Shown here piece after piece: positions 1 to 10,380 of a stretch of DNA of 64,000 bases (within the stretch, counting starts at the first letter, position 1; each line of letters begins with the position of its first letter). Source of the DNA: Tagaea sp. GTDB lineage: Bacteria; Pseudomonadota; Alphaproteobacteria; CACIAM-22H2. Position numbers and translations under genes: made by a program. Under the pieces are notes generated by a model. That model ran no database searches. It was not told the DNA's origin and saw only the letters and a program-made list of their open reading frames with translations. The stretch lies in assembly GCA_965279525.1 (NCBI GenBank), contig CBDIIB010000005.1, forward strand, positions 1,344,001-1,408,000, written 5' to 3'.

Positions 1-850
1 CATGCACCGCCTCGGCGAGCGTGGGGGCTGCCACGCCATAATCGAGCGTGGCGTTCGCGGCCCAGCGCCCCGTGCCCTTCTGCCCGGCGCGATCCTCGAT
101 CAGGTCGATCAGCGGCCGGCCGGATTCCGGATCGTCGGTCGCCAGCACGCGTGCCGCACACTCGATCAGGAAGCCGCCGAGGTCGCCGGCGGCCCAGCCG
201 CGGAACACCGGCAGCATGTCGCGCGGCGTCATGCCGAGGGGGCCATGCATCAGCTGGTAGGCTTCCGCGATCAACTGCATCAGCGCGTACTCGATGCCGT
301 TATGCAGCATCTTGACGAAATGGCCCGCCCCGCCGGGTCCGACATGCGCGAAGCAGGCTTCGCCATGGGCCTGTGCCGCGATCGCGCGGAACAGCGGGGC
401 CACGCGCGCCACCCCCGGTCCGCCGCCGGCCATGATCGACGGGCCGCGACGGGCACCCTCAGATCCGCCGGACAAGCCGAAGCCGAAGAAATCGACTCGA
501 TGGGGGGCGCAATGCGCCACGCGCCGCTCGGTATCCTCATAAAGCGAGTTGCCGCCGTCGATGATCGCGTCGTCGGGGCCAAGCAGGGGCAGGATGTCGG
601 CGATGCTCTTGTCGACCGCTTCGCCGGCGGGAACCATCAGGAAGATCGCGCGCGGCCCCTTCAGCGCGCCGACAAGCTGCCTAAGGTCGGCCGCCGCCCG
701 CCCGCGGGCACCAAGTTCGGTCGCGAGCCGTTCGGCGGTGCCGGCCGCCGGGTCGAACAAGGCCACGCGTGTCCCGTGGTCCGCGAGATTGCGCGCCAGG
801 TTGGCGCCCATGGTGCCGAGGCCGACAAGTCCAAGATCGCAGTCGCTCAT
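1..850 (-). CDS. gndA: NADP-dependent 6-phosphogluconate dehydrogenase (3' end runs off the window)
   Basis: Not in the ORF track; translated by hand from ATG at 850: MSDCDLGLVGLGTMGANLARN (Rossmann), IIDGGNS, SGGSEGA, GHFVKMLHNGIEYALMQLIAEAY, GQKGTGRW, all 6PGDH signatures. Confidence 0.95.
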   Translation of the reverse strand, partial: MSDCDLGLVGLGTMGANLARNLADHGTRVALFDPAAGTAERLATELGARGRAAADLRQLVGALKGPRAIFLMVPAGEAVDKSIADILPLLGPDDAIIDGGNSLYEDTERRVAHCAPHRVDFFGFGLSGGSEGARRGPSIMAGGGPGVARVAPLFRAIAAQAHGEACFAHVGPGGAGHFVKMLHNGIEYALMQLIAEAYQLMHGPLGMTPRDMLPVFRGWAAGDLGGFLIECAARVLATDDPESGRPLIDLIEDRAGQKGTGRWAANATLDYGVAAPTLAEAVH

Positions 851-881
851 GCGCCCCTCTTACCCCGCCGCGTCGGCGCGC

Positions 882-1550
882 TCAACACTGGTGCTCGAGC
901 CGGTAAAATCCGGTTTCCGGACTCCCGTCGAGGAGCGGTGCGAGCGCCGTGGCGATCGCCGACATGGCGGCGCGCACGGGGGCTTCGTTGCAGCCCTCGA
1001 CCAGCACGACCCAGTCGGGTGCCGAAAGGATGTCGGGCCGGCCGCGGCTCTCCGCGGTCTTCTCGGCGCTGGCTTCGCGGTTGGTGACGCACAGATGCGC
1101 ACCCGATATCTGCGGCATTGCGGCGGCGGCGGGCAAGGCCCGGGTCGAGACCAGGTCCGTCGCCTGCGCTTCGCGCCCCGCCGTCACGGCAAAGCGCAGC
1201 GTGCCGAGGATGCCGCCGGAACCTGGGCCGAGGCTCGTATGAACTCGCGTGAGCGCACGCGAGGTCTTGCGGAAGCCTTGCGTGGCCTTCTTCGTCCACG
1301 TGGTGGGCGCGTTGAGGCGCGCGAGATAGGCAGGACTGGTGAGCACGTCCGTGTCGGCGGTCTCGTAGAGCGTGAAGAATTCAGGCTGCGAGGCCGTGTC
1401 GAGTGCGATATAGCGACGGCCGCGCCGGAATCCCGGAACCGCGACCCGCTCGGGCATGTGCTCGGTCAGATGCCAGGCATAGAACTCGTCCCGACCTTCG
1501 TCGGTGATGTCGTTCCAGATGCAGATCGCCCCGCCGCCGGCCAGTGGCAT
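882..1550 (-). CDS. Conserved hypothetical protein (DUF4286/EthD-like dimeric alpha-beta barrel)
   Basis: Likely start MPLAGGG at 1550 after GGGAGTGG; motif EFYAWHLTEHMPERVAVPGFRRGRRY is typical of this family. Confidence 0.7.
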   Translation of the reverse strand: MPLAGGGAICIWNDITDEGRDEFYAWHLTEHMPERVAVPGFRRGRRYIALDTASQPEFFTLYETADTDVLTSPAYLARLNAPTTWTKKATQGFRKTSRALTRVHTSLGPGSGGILGTLRFAVTAGREAQATDLVSTRALPAAAAMPQISGAHLCVTNREASAEKTAESRGRPDILSAPDWVVLVEGCNEAPVRAAMSAIATALAPLLDGSPETGFYRLEHQC

Positions 1551-1673
1551 TTCCCACTCCCTCTCGATTCTTGGCGACGACTGTAGCGCGGATCGCGCGA
1601 CGGCGTCACGGACGTCCGCCATCGAATTGACAGTAACGACCGGCATCCGGACAATGCGCGCGAAGGAGCTGCC

Positions 1674-2372
1674 TTGTCGAACGCCTGGCTTGAATTCTGG
1701 GATCGGCCCAACCGCATCTATGTCAACGGGCGGCATCTTGCGGCGCATTTCGCCATCGTCGCGGACGAGCTTGCCGAATTGCTGCCGGATCGGCCCAGTG
1801 CGCGTGTCGTCGATTTCGGCTGCGGCGAGGCACTTGACGCAGGCCGCGTGGCGGCCGGCGTCGGGCGCCTTTATCTCTACGATGCAGCACCCACGACGCG
1901 CGCGCGCCTTTCCGCCCGGTTCGCGGCCGATCCGAAGATCGAGATTCTCGACGAAGAAGACCTCGCGAAACTCGACGACCGATCGGTCGACCTCGTCTTC
2001 GCCAGTTCGGTCGTCCAGTATCTCGATCGCGACGGACTGGCCGTCCTTCTCGCGACGGCCCGGCGTCTTCTGGCACCCGGTGGCCGGCTCGTCGTCGCCG
2101 ACGTGATCCCGCCCGATATCCGCCTGGTCGACGACGTGAAGTCGTTGCTGGCGCTGGCGTGGCGGTACGGATTCGTGGCCGAAGCGCTGCTGGCCCTGCT
2201 CGCCACGCTGTTCTCGGACTATCGTCGCCTGCGCGCGCAGATCGGGCTTTCAACCTACGACGACGCGACGTTCCTCGGGCTGCTCGCGGCTTCCGGGTTT
2301 GCCGGCGAGGTCAGTTCCCGGAACTTCGGCGAGAATGCCGCGCGCCGCAGTTATGTCGCGCGCCCGGCATAA
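1674..2372 (+). CDS. Class I SAM-dependent methyltransferase
   Basis: VVDFGCGE motif I, SVDLVFASSVVQY, LLAPGGRLVVAD; TTG start after AAGGAG. Confidence 0.85.
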   Translation: MSNAWLEFWDRPNRIYVNGRHLAAHFAIVADELAELLPDRPSARVVDFGCGEALDAGRVAAGVGRLYLYDAAPTTRARLSARFAADPKIEILDEEDLAKLDDRSVDLVFASSVVQYLDRDGLAVLLATARRLLAPGGRLVVADVIPPDIRLVDDVKSLLALAWRYGFVAEALLALLATLFSDYRRLRAQIGLSTYDDATFLGLLAASGFAGEVSSRNFGENAARRSYVARPA

Positions 2373-3136
2373 CGGGCGCGTAGGTCGGCGTACGCGTCAC
2401 TTTCAAAATACGCGCATTCGACGGCGCGCATGTCGACAAGCGTGTCGGCGGCCGCCAGCTCCGCGTCGACATCGCCGGGATGGCACATGACGACGGTTCG
2501 GCCGTTCGCCTGGGCGAGCATGCGTGCGAACAACTCGCCATAGGGCTGCCGGCCGGAAAAATCGTAGACGCCGGCAAAGCTGTCGTTCGTGCGGATGCCG
2601 GCGCGCCGAGCCGAATGCTTCATCGCGCGGCCCAGTGCGGCGATCGCCACGCTCTTGAGCGGTGCGGCACCCGCCCGCAGGATGGCGCCGATCCCGGCGT
2701 CGGTGACGCGAAGCCAGGTGCGCTGGCGGTCGAGCCGCCGGTCCCAGAGTGCAAGCACGGCGGCACGGATCGTCGGAAACTGGTGGACATGCTGGTGGCC
2801 GTCGATGAAGTCCGGCGGCGAACCCCAGACGCGCTCGAACGCGTCGATCTGGCGCGCGATGTCGGCTTCGACGGCTTCACGATCGAGCTGTCCCGAGAAG
2901 GCCGCGCGCGCCAGCCGGCCGAGCGAGTGGCCGCCTGGTCCTGTCAGTGCCAGATGCAGGCCGACCTCGATCGACGCGCCGGTCGCGCGCAACGCGCGCC
3001 CTTCGTCCGGCCAGAATGCGGTCGTCGACATACAACTGGTCGCGTCGATGCGGCCTGCCGCAGCCAGCCGGCGGATCGCCCGGCAGACGCCGGGGGCGAT
3101 CGCATAGTCGTCGGCACAGACGATGATCGTGTCCAC
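2351..3136 (-). CDS. ChbG/YdjC/HpnK-family carbohydrate deacetylase
   Basis: IIVCADDYA, VGLHLAL, PDFIDGHQHVH and VMCHPG metal-binding motifs; probable GTG start at 3136. Confidence 0.9.
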   Translation of the reverse strand: MDTIIVCADDYAIAPGVCRAIRRLAAAGRIDATSCMSTTAFWPDEGRALRATGASIEVGLHLALTGPGGHSLGRLARAAFSGQLDREAVEADIARQIDAFERVWGSPPDFIDGHQHVHQFPTIRAAVLALWDRRLDRQRTWLRVTDAGIGAILRAGAAPLKSVAIAALGRAMKHSARRAGIRTNDSFAGVYDFSGRQPYGELFARMLAQANGRTVVMCHPGDVDAELAAADTLVDMRAVECAYFESDAYADLRARYAGRAT

Positions 3137-3207
3137 GCGATTCCTGACGTCAAGGCCCGTACGCACCGACCTTGACGCTCGGACAAGGCAGGGCGAAGGA
3201 TAGACAG

Positions 3208-4212
3208 ATGTCCAATTCTGTCCCGGCCGCGATGCCCGATCTATCGGTAATTGTTCCCGTCCACGACGAAAGTCAGGGGCTTGGGGCGTTATTCGCGCGT
3301 CTGGGTGCCGTTCTCGACGCGACCGGTCTTGCCTGCGAGGTGATCTGCATCGACGACGGCAGCCGGGACGGTACCTGGGCCGCGTTGCGGGCCGCGCGCG
3401 CGGCCGACAGCCGGGTGAAGCTCGTGCGCCTGTCGCGCAATTTCGGCAAGGACGTAGCACTCACGGCGGGCTTGCGTCGCGCGCAAGGGCGCGCCGTCGT
3501 CCTGATGGATGCCGACCTCCAGCACCCGCCCGAACTGATCCCAGCACTGCTCGAACGGTGGCGGGAAGGGCTCGACATGGTCTATGCGGTGCGCACCTCG
3601 CGGGCCGGCGACTCGTTCCTGCGGCGCTGGTTCAGCAAGGTCTTTTACCTGCTGTTCTCGGGCCTTTCCGATGTCGCCATCCCGGCCGGTGCCGGCGATT
3701 TCCGCCTGCTCGACCGGCGTGTGGCCGACGTGCTGCGCGACATGCCCGAGCGCGCGCGGTTCATGAAGGGTCTCTATGCGTGGGTCGGCTTCCGCCATGG
3801 CGGCGTGCCGTTCGAGCCGCCGCCGCGCACGACCGGCCGCACGTCGTTCTCGCCGCACCGGCTGTTCCGCTTCGCGGTCGACGCGCTTGCGAGCTTCAGT
3901 ACCGTTCCGCTGGTCGCGAGCGGCTATATCGGCCTGTTCCTGGCGATCCCGTCGCTTGCCCTCAGCATCTATTTCATCGTGCGCACGCTCTTCCAGGGCG
4001 TCGACGTGCCGGGCTACGCGTCGGTGATCGTCGCCGTGCTGATGCTCGGCAGCATCCAGCTTCTCACGCTCGGCCTGTTCGGCGCCTATCTCGGCCGCGT
4101 GTTCGAGGAGGTGAAGGGGCGCCCCCTGTTCGTCGAAAGCGATACGCAAGGTTTCGCCGACGACCGCGACGTCGATTCGCGCAGGCGCCCAGAAGCCCCG
4201 CATGCAAGCTGA
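3208..4212 (+). CDS. GT2 polyprenol-phosphate glycosyltransferase (GtrB/ArnC-like)
   Basis: LSVIVPVHDE, IDDGSRD, LSRNFGK, MDADLQHPP, GDFRLLDR, two C-terminal TM helices, EVKGRPLF. Confidence 0.93.
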   Translation: MSNSVPAAMPDLSVIVPVHDESQGLGALFARLGAVLDATGLACEVICIDDGSRDGTWAALRAARAADSRVKLVRLSRNFGKDVALTAGLRRAQGRAVVLMDADLQHPPELIPALLERWREGLDMVYAVRTSRAGDSFLRRWFSKVFYLLFSGLSDVAIPAGAGDFRLLDRRVADVLRDMPERARFMKGLYAWVGFRHGGVPFEPPPRTTGRTSFSPHRLFRFAVDALASFSTVPLVASGYIGLFLAIPSLALSIYFIVRTLFQGVDVPGYASVIVAVLMLGSIQLLTLGLFGAYLGRVFEEVKGRPLFVESDTQGFADDRDVDSRRRPEAPHAS

Positions 4213-5614
4213 CACGCCGCTGCGCGTGCATGCCATCGGTGCCGGCATCGCGTTCGCGATCCTGTCGGTCGCGGTCGGGCTTTCGGCCGAACTCCAGATG
4301 TTCGGCGACGGATCGATCTTCGCCTATTCTGTCTCGGTCGCCGACGCGTGGTCGTTCCACTGGCGAAACATCTCGGGGCGCCTGTTCAGCTACGTCTTCA
4401 TCTATGTCCCGGCCGAGACGGTCGTGGCCGTCACGGGCAGCGCCCGGGCCGGCATCTTCGCGTACGGCCTTCTGCTGTTCGCGGCCCCGGGGCTGTCGCT
4501 GCTGGCGACCCGCGCGCTCGACCGCACGCAAGGGCGGATGATCTTCGCCTTCGCATGTCTGTCGACCGCCTGCCTCCTGCCCTTTGTCTTCGGCTTTCCG
4601 ACCGAGATGGCCATGGCGCATGCGGTCTTCTGGCCGGCCCTGGCGGCCAGTGTGTCGACGTCGGCGGGCCGTCGGGCAAACCTTGCGATCTTCGGCCTGC
4701 TGCTCGCCCTGGTCCTGACACACGAAGGTGGCGTCGTGCTCGCCGCAGCGATCGCGGGCACTGCTTCGCTCCACGGCCTGCGGACCGGGCCGTTCAGGCA
4801 GACGGCGCTCGCCCTCCTTGGTGCTATGGCGGTGTGGGTCGTCGTGAAAGCCCTTCTGCCGCCGGACGCGCACATCGCCGGCGTGCTGGGTGCCGCCGCG
4901 TTCAAGTTCATCGCACCGGGAAATCTCGCGGATCCGGCGTTTCTGCTGTGGACAGCAGCACTTGCGGCCTATCTGGCACTTGCAGCCTTTTCACGCCGAC
5001 CGGTTCTCGCGGCCGGCATTGTCGTCGGTGCACTCGCCGTCTTCTGGCTCGCCTTCGACCGATCTCTGCTGGCCGAGGCGCGCTATTCGCTGCGCACTGT
5101 CCTGCTGGTCGGGACGCCGATCCTCGGCGCACTCGCCGTCGTGATGGCGATGCAGGCCAAGAAGCTGCACGAATCGCCTTATGCCCGGATCGTCGTGCCG
5201 CTGCGCGGGCTTCTGGCACGCCTCGATCCGCGGATGCTTGTCGGCGCGCTGGCGATCTGCCTGCTTGTCCATGGCGTCGAGACGGCGAAGTTCGTCGCCG
5301 GCTGGATCGACTACAAGGCCGCAGTGCGCGCGCTTGCGACCGGTGCGGACTCCGATCCGGCGCTGGGCGATGCGCGCTTCGTTTCCGCCCGTCGGATCGC
5401 GGCGGGCCCGAACCGGCTCGCGTGGAACTCGACGACGCCCTTCCTGTCGGTGCTTGCGGCACCCGGGTTCGATCCGGCGCGTCTCGTCGTCGATCCGCAA
5501 GCCGGATATTTCTGGCTATCCTGCCCGACCGCCACGCGCAGTGCCGGGCGGGGAACGGCGCTGCCCGCAGACGCGCGCGAGCTTGTCCGCCGGCACGCCT
5601 GTCTCAACCGCTAG
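4202..5614 (+). CDS. Polytopic membrane protein, possible GT-C-type transferase
   Basis: About 10 hydrophobic segments, an acidic GDG in the first loop and a soluble C-terminal domain with Cys residues; overlaps the GT2 stop. Function inferred from context. Confidence 0.6.
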   Translation: MQADTPLRVHAIGAGIAFAILSVAVGLSAELQMFGDGSIFAYSVSVADAWSFHWRNISGRLFSYVFIYVPAETVVAVTGSARAGIFAYGLLLFAAPGLSLLATRALDRTQGRMIFAFACLSTACLLPFVFGFPTEMAMAHAVFWPALAASVSTSAGRRANLAIFGLLLALVLTHEGGVVLAAAIAGTASLHGLRTGPFRQTALALLGAMAVWVVVKALLPPDAHIAGVLGAAAFKFIAPGNLADPAFLLWTAALAAYLALAAFSRRPVLAAGIVVGALAVFWLAFDRSLLAEARYSLRTVLLVGTPILGALAVVMAMQAKKLHESPYARIVVPLRGLLARLDPRMLVGALAICLLVHGVETAKFVAGWIDYKAAVRALATGADSDPALGDARFVSARRIAAGPNRLAWNSTTPFLSVLAAPGFDPARLVVDPQAGYFWLSCPTATRSAGRGTALPADARELVRRHACLNR

Positions 5615-6164
5615 GCGGCAGCATGCGGCGAAGCGTGCCGTCGCGGCGCACGAAATGGTGGAACAGCGCGGCACCGACATGCGCCAGCACGAGCCCGACC
5701 AGCGCGAATGCCGCGAACGCGTGCGCGATCAGGACCGGTTCCGACGCCGCCCGGTTCGGCGCCATCAAGGCCGGAAGCGGGATCGAGCCGAAGAGGTTCA
5801 ACGCGGGATAGAGCGAGACGCCGATCCAGCCGAGCACCGGCACGAGGATCAGCAGCAGGTAGATCCAGGCATGTACGAGCGTGGCGGCGGCACGCTGCCA
5901 GGGCGCGAGGGCCGGATCCTCCGGCGGCACGTCGCGCCGGATACGGTTCGCCAGCCGCAGCACGACAAGCCCGAGCAGCACGACGCCAAGCAGCTTGTGG
6001 AGATCGTAAAGGCCGAACGTGTCGGTCAGCGTGGCCCACAGGTTCGGCTCCGGCGCATCGACCGTCATGACGATGCCGAACGCGACCTGGAGGATGACCA
6101 GGGCGGCCATCAGCCAGTGAAGGAAGCGTGCGAGCGGACTGTAGGTGCGGACCGGATCGGGCAT
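5604..6164 (-). CDS. Cytochrome b561 (CybB/YceJ family)
   Basis: YSPLARFLHW, LHKLLG, LVHAWIY, IAH, LAHVGAALFHH..RDGTLRRM; four TM helices; GGAGG SD before ATG 6164. Confidence 0.9.
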   Translation of the reverse strand: MPDPVRTYSPLARFLHWLMAALVILQVAFGIVMTVDAPEPNLWATLTDTFGLYDLHKLLGVVLLGLVVLRLANRIRRDVPPEDPALAPWQRAAATLVHAWIYLLLILVPVLGWIGVSLYPALNLFGSIPLPALMAPNRAASEPVLIAHAFAAFALVGLVLAHVGAALFHHFVRRDGTLRRMLPPSG

Positions 6165-6270
6165 GGAGGCCTCCTGCGAATTGGAGCGTATCATACCCCT
6201 GATCGCGCAAGACCGGCTTGCTTGTGTACTAGTGTAGGACCTATCCGGCGAGCGAGGAGAGAAGGACCGC

Positions 6271-8835
6271 GTGACCCAAACCGACGAACCACAGGAACCG
6301 CTGCGCGGCCTCGATGCGGCGACCGTTGCGACCCGCCGACGCGAGGACGGCCCCAACGAGCTGCCGCAGCCGGACCGGCGGACACCGCTGCGGATCGTCC
6401 TCGAGGTCGTCCGCGAGCCGATGCTTGCCCTGCTTCTCGCCGGCGGGGGGATCTACCTGCTGCTCGGCAACCTGCACGAAGCGCTCATCCTGCTGGCCTT
6501 CGCCATCCTTTCCGTCTCGATCACCGTCGTGCAGGAAGCACGCACCGAACGCGTGCTCGAAGCGTTGCGCGATCTCACCAGCCCGCGCGCCCTCGTCATC
6601 CGCGATGGCGTGCGCGTGCGAGTAGCCGGGCGCGACGTGGTGCGCGGCGATCTGGTCGTCCTGGCCGAAGGCGATCGCGTGCCTGCCGACGCGGTGGTGC
6701 GTGCATGTCACGATCTGGAGACCGACGAGTCGCTGCTGACGGGCGAATCGGTGCCCGTGCGCAAGCGCGTGGCCGGCCCGGAAGCGATGCCGGAACGCCC
6801 GCGCCCGGGCGGCGACGATCTGCCCCACGTGTTCTCGGGCGCGCTCGTCGTCCGCGGCAGCGCCGTCTGCGAGGTGATCGCGACGGGTGCGCGCAGCGAG
6901 ATCGGCCGCATCGGCCAGTCGCTCGGCGCACTCGAAACCGAACCGCCGCGACTCCAGGCGCAGACGCGCCGGGCCGTCCGGCTCTTCGCCACGATCGGCG
7001 GTGCCGTCAGCATCCTTGCGGTCGTTCTCTACGGCACGCTGCGCGGCGGCTGGCTCGATGCGGTCCTCGCCGGCGTGGCGCTGGGCATGTCGATGCTGCC
7101 CGAGGAGTTTCCCGTCGTACTCACCGTCTTCATGGCGATGGGCGCCTGGCGCATTTCGCGCGCGCGCGTGCTCACTCGCCGTGCCGCCGCCATCGAGACC
7201 CTGGGCTCGGCGAGCGTCCTGTGCACCGACAAGACGGGCACATTGACCGAGAACCGGATGGCGATCGCCGAACTGCGCCTGCCGGACGGCGCCACGCACA
7301 GGCCGGACAAGACCGCCGGCGTGCCGGATGACGAACGGTTCCAAGCACTCGCCGCCATCGGCCGGCGCGCGAGTGCGCGCGAACCCAGCGACCCGATGGA
7401 AAAGGCCTTCCATGCATTCTCCCCAGCATCACAGGATGTCGGGGGCGAGATCGTGCGGACTTATGGCCTCCGGCCCGATCTTCTGGCGATGTCGAATGCC
7501 TGGAAAGATGCCGACGGCAGTGCCGGGTTCGCGGTCGCCGCCAAGGGTGCGCCCGAAGCGATCGCGGGCCTTTGCCGGATGGATGCCGCCGGCCTGTTGG
7601 CGGTGACGAAAGCAGTCGACGCGATGGCCGGCGAGGGCCTGCGTGTCCTCGGCGTTGCCCGCGCGGCACACGCCGCCGGCGAACTTCCCGAGTCCCAGCG
7701 TGAGTTCGCTTTCACATTCGTCGGGCTGGTCGGTCTTGCCGATCCGCTGCGCGCGAACGTGCCGGATGCGGTGCGAGAGTGCCGGTCGGCCGGCATCCGC
7801 GTGGCGATGATCACGGGCGACTATCCGCAGACGGCCCTCGCCATCGCCCGTCAGGCCGGCATCGCGGCGGACGCCGTGGTGACCGGGGACGAACTCTCGC
7901 GCATGGACGACAGCGAACTTGCGCGCCGCGTGGCCGGTGCCACCGTCTTCGCCCGCATCATGCCCGAGCAGAAGCTGCGCATCGTCGAGGCGTTCAAGGC
8001 GCGCGGCGACATCGTTGCGATGACGGGCGACGGAGTGAACGACGCGCCCTCGCTGAAGTCCGCCCATATCGGCATCGCCATGGGCGGGCGCGGCACCGAC
8101 GTGGCGCGCGAGGCATCCGCCATCGTGCTGCTCGACGACGACTTCGGCTCGATCGTCAAGGCCGTCCGGCTCGGACGGCGCATCTACGACAACCTGCGCA
8201 AGGCGATGGGTTTCATCATCTCGGTCCATGTGCCGATCGCCGGACTTGCCCTGCTGCCGCTGCTGTTCGGCCTGCCGACGCTGTTCGGGCCGGTGCATAT
8301 CGCGTTCCTGGAAATGGTCATCGACCCCGTCTGCTCGCTCGTCTTCGAGGCGGAAACGGAGGAAGATGACATCATGCGCCGCCCGCCGCGCGCGTCCGAC
8401 GAGCCATTGTTCACGGGCACTCTGGTGGGCTGGGGCGCCCTTCAGGGATTCTTCGCGTTCGCCATCGTCGCGACGATCTATCTGGTGGCGCTTTCGAGCG
8501 GCATGCCGGATGGCGAGGTCCGCGCGCTGGCGTTCTTCTCGCTCGTGATGACCATTCTGGCGCTGATCCTCGTCAACCGCTCGTTCGGCGCCTCGCTGTG
8601 GGGCGCGCTCCGACGGCCGAACCTGTCGCTTGTCTTCGTGCTCGCGGCTGTGGCGACGATCTCCGCCATCGTGCTGCTATGGCCGGCGGCGCGCGAGCTT
8701 TTCCGCTTCGGGCCGCTGCACGCCGACGATCTTGCCGTCACGCTGGGTGCCGGCGTGGCGATGATCACCATGCTCGAACTGGTAAAGTTCGCGTACCTGC
8801 GCCGCCACGCGGGTGCGAAGGAGCAACGCTTCTAG
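6271..8835 (+). CDS. Cation-translocating P-type ATPase (P2-like)
   Basis: DESLLTGES, PEEFP, DKTGTLT phosphorylation site, KGAPE, MITGD, MTGDGVNDAP. Confidence 0.95.
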   Translation: MTQTDEPQEPLRGLDAATVATRRREDGPNELPQPDRRTPLRIVLEVVREPMLALLLAGGGIYLLLGNLHEALILLAFAILSVSITVVQEARTERVLEALRDLTSPRALVIRDGVRVRVAGRDVVRGDLVVLAEGDRVPADAVVRACHDLETDESLLTGESVPVRKRVAGPEAMPERPRPGGDDLPHVFSGALVVRGSAVCEVIATGARSEIGRIGQSLGALETEPPRLQAQTRRAVRLFATIGGAVSILAVVLYGTLRGGWLDAVLAGVALGMSMLPEEFPVVLTVFMAMGAWRISRARVLTRRAAAIETLGSASVLCTDKTGTLTENRMAIAELRLPDGATHRPDKTAGVPDDERFQALAAIGRRASAREPSDPMEKAFHAFSPASQDVGGEIVRTYGLRPDLLAMSNAWKDADGSAGFAVAAKGAPEAIAGLCRMDAAGLLAVTKAVDAMAGEGLRVLGVARAAHAAGELPESQREFAFTFVGLVGLADPLRANVPDAVRECRSAGIRVAMITGDYPQTALAIARQAGIAADAVVTGDELSRMDDSELARRVAGATVFARIMPEQKLRIVEAFKARGDIVAMTGDGVNDAPSLKSAHIGIAMGGRGTDVAREASAIVLLDDDFGSIVKAVRLGRRIYDNLRKAMGFIISVHVPIAGLALLPLLFGLPTLFGPVHIAFLEMVIDPVCSLVFEAETEEDDIMRRPPRASDEPLFTGTLVGWGALQGFFAFAIVATIYLVALSSGMPDGEVRALAFFSLVMTILALILVNRSFGASLWGALRRPNLSLVFVLAAVATISAIVLLWPAARELFRFGPLHADDLAVTLGAGVAMITMLELVKFAYLRRHAGAKEQRF

Positions 8836-8836
8836 C

Positions 8837-9634
8837 TCAGCTCCCGCCCGGTGCATCGCGACGCGGATCGGCTGGAACACCGATGCGCCCGATACCGGGC
8901 GCCTTCACGGCAAGACCCAGCGGATCGATGCCGAAGGTGAGGCCGGCAAGGTTGAGCTCGAACCCTTCCTGGGTCGCAAGCGACATGCCGAACAGGCCCC
9001 AGAGCGAGAACTGGTAGCCCGTCCCGCTCGGCATGGCGGCCGCGAATGTGCTCCCACCCAGATAGTCCTTGCCGATCGCCGTCGACGGCAGGTCGAGGCG
9101 CAGCTCGGGTGCCGCCCGCGCCACCATCGCGGTGAAGGTGTTCGAGTTCGGGCCGGGCCACAGCGTGTAGGTCCGGCGATAGGGATAGGCTTCCGCCGCC
9201 TGAACGATCCGCGCGATGACCGCATCCACGCCGTCGCCCTCGAGATGCGCGTAGAGCTCCGGCTCGGCGCCGAACCAGCGCCGGTCGGGCTGGCCACCCG
9301 AAATGGCGAGCGCGTCGCCACCGCGCAGCGCGCGCCAGCCGATGATCTGGTAGGTCGTCCAGTCCGGCGCGTTCGCCGGCTTGACCGCGACCCAGGTATG
9401 GACACCGAAGGCCCCGCGCCAGCTTACGGCGCGCGCACCATAGACCTGCACGACCGCCTGCGGCGTCGTGGCGGGATCGGGCGCAAGGCCGATTGGTTCG
9501 CGGCTTGCCATGCGCCAGTCCGCGCGTGCGGCCTGCCCGCATGCGGCGACGAGTGCGGGGCCGGCGAGCAGGACGCCAAGAACGAAGCCGGTGCGCTTGA
9601 CGTAACCGTAAAGGCGGTGGAGCAAGGGGGGCAT
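8837..9634 (-). CDS. DUF3750-domain protein
   Basis: AVVQVYGAR..WRGAFGVHTW and WPGPNSNTF motifs; true start may lie slightly downstream. Confidence 0.8.
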   Translation of the reverse strand: MPPLLHRLYGYVKRTGFVLGVLLAGPALVAACGQAARADWRMASREPIGLAPDPATTPQAVVQVYGARAVSWRGAFGVHTWVAVKPANAPDWTTYQIIGWRALRGGDALAISGGQPDRRWFGAEPELYAHLEGDGVDAVIARIVQAAEAYPYRRTYTLWPGPNSNTFTAMVARAAPELRLDLPSTAIGKDYLGGSTFAAAMPSGTGYQFSLWGLFGMSLATQEGFELNLAGLTFGIDPLGLAVKAPGIGRIGVPADPRRDAPGGS

Positions 9635-9680
9635 ATCGAAGAGTTAGCGATCCGGCAGGGCCGGCGCAAGGTGCCGGCCG

Positions 9681-10376
9681 TCAGATTGTCATGTGGCGAC
9701 GGACGGCCTCGTGGTCGAGGTCGGCCGAAGCGCCCGCCATGACGACCTCACCGCGGTCGAGGACGACCATGTCGTCGGCAAGTTCGCGGGCAAAATCGAA
9801 ATACTGCTCGACCAGCACGATCGCCATGCCGCCGCGATCGCGCAGCAACGCGATCGTGCGGCCGATATCCTTGATGATCGAGGGCTGGATGCCCTCGGTC
9901 GGCTCGTCGAGCACCAGCAGGCGCGGGCGCATGACAAGGGCACGCGCGATGGCGAGCTGCTGCTGCTGGCCGCCCGAAAGGTCGCCGCCGCGCCGGCCGA
10001 GCATGTCCTTCAGCACAGGAAACAGGTCGTAGATCTCCGTGTTCATCGACCGGGACTTGCGCGGCAGGGCCGACAGGCCGGTGCGCAGGTTCTCCTCGAC
10101 CGTCAGCAGCGGAAAAATCTCGCGGCCCTGCGGCACATAGGCGATGCCCAGGCGCGCGCGCTCGAAGGCGGGCTGTGCGGCGATGTCGGTCCCGTCGAAC
10201 TCGACCTTGCCCTTCGCGACGGGACTGCGGCCCACGATCGCGCGCATCAGCGAGGTCTTGCCCACGCCGTTGCGCCCCAGCACGCAGGTGATGCGCCCGG
10301 GTCTGGCCGCCAGCGACACGCCGCGAAGTGCTTGCGAAGCGCCGTAGAAGAGATCGACCTTTTCGACGTTCAGCAT
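9681..10376 (-). CDS. urtE: Urea ABC transporter ATP-binding subunit UrtE
   Basis: GRNGVGKT, YVPQGREIF, LSGGQQQQLAIARAL, LDEPTEGIQPSII; last gene of the urt operon. Confidence 0.95.
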   Translation of the reverse strand: MLNVEKVDLFYGASQALRGVSLAARPGRITCVLGRNGVGKTSLMRAIVGRSPVAKGKVEFDGTDIAAQPAFERARLGIAYVPQGREIFPLLTVEENLRTGLSALPRKSRSMNTEIYDLFPVLKDMLGRRGGDLSGGQQQQLAIARALVMRPRLLVLDEPTEGIQPSIIKDIGRTIALLRDRGGMAIVLVEQYFDFARELADDMVVLDRGEVVMAGASADLDHEAVRRHMTI

Positions 10377-10380
10377 GGCA

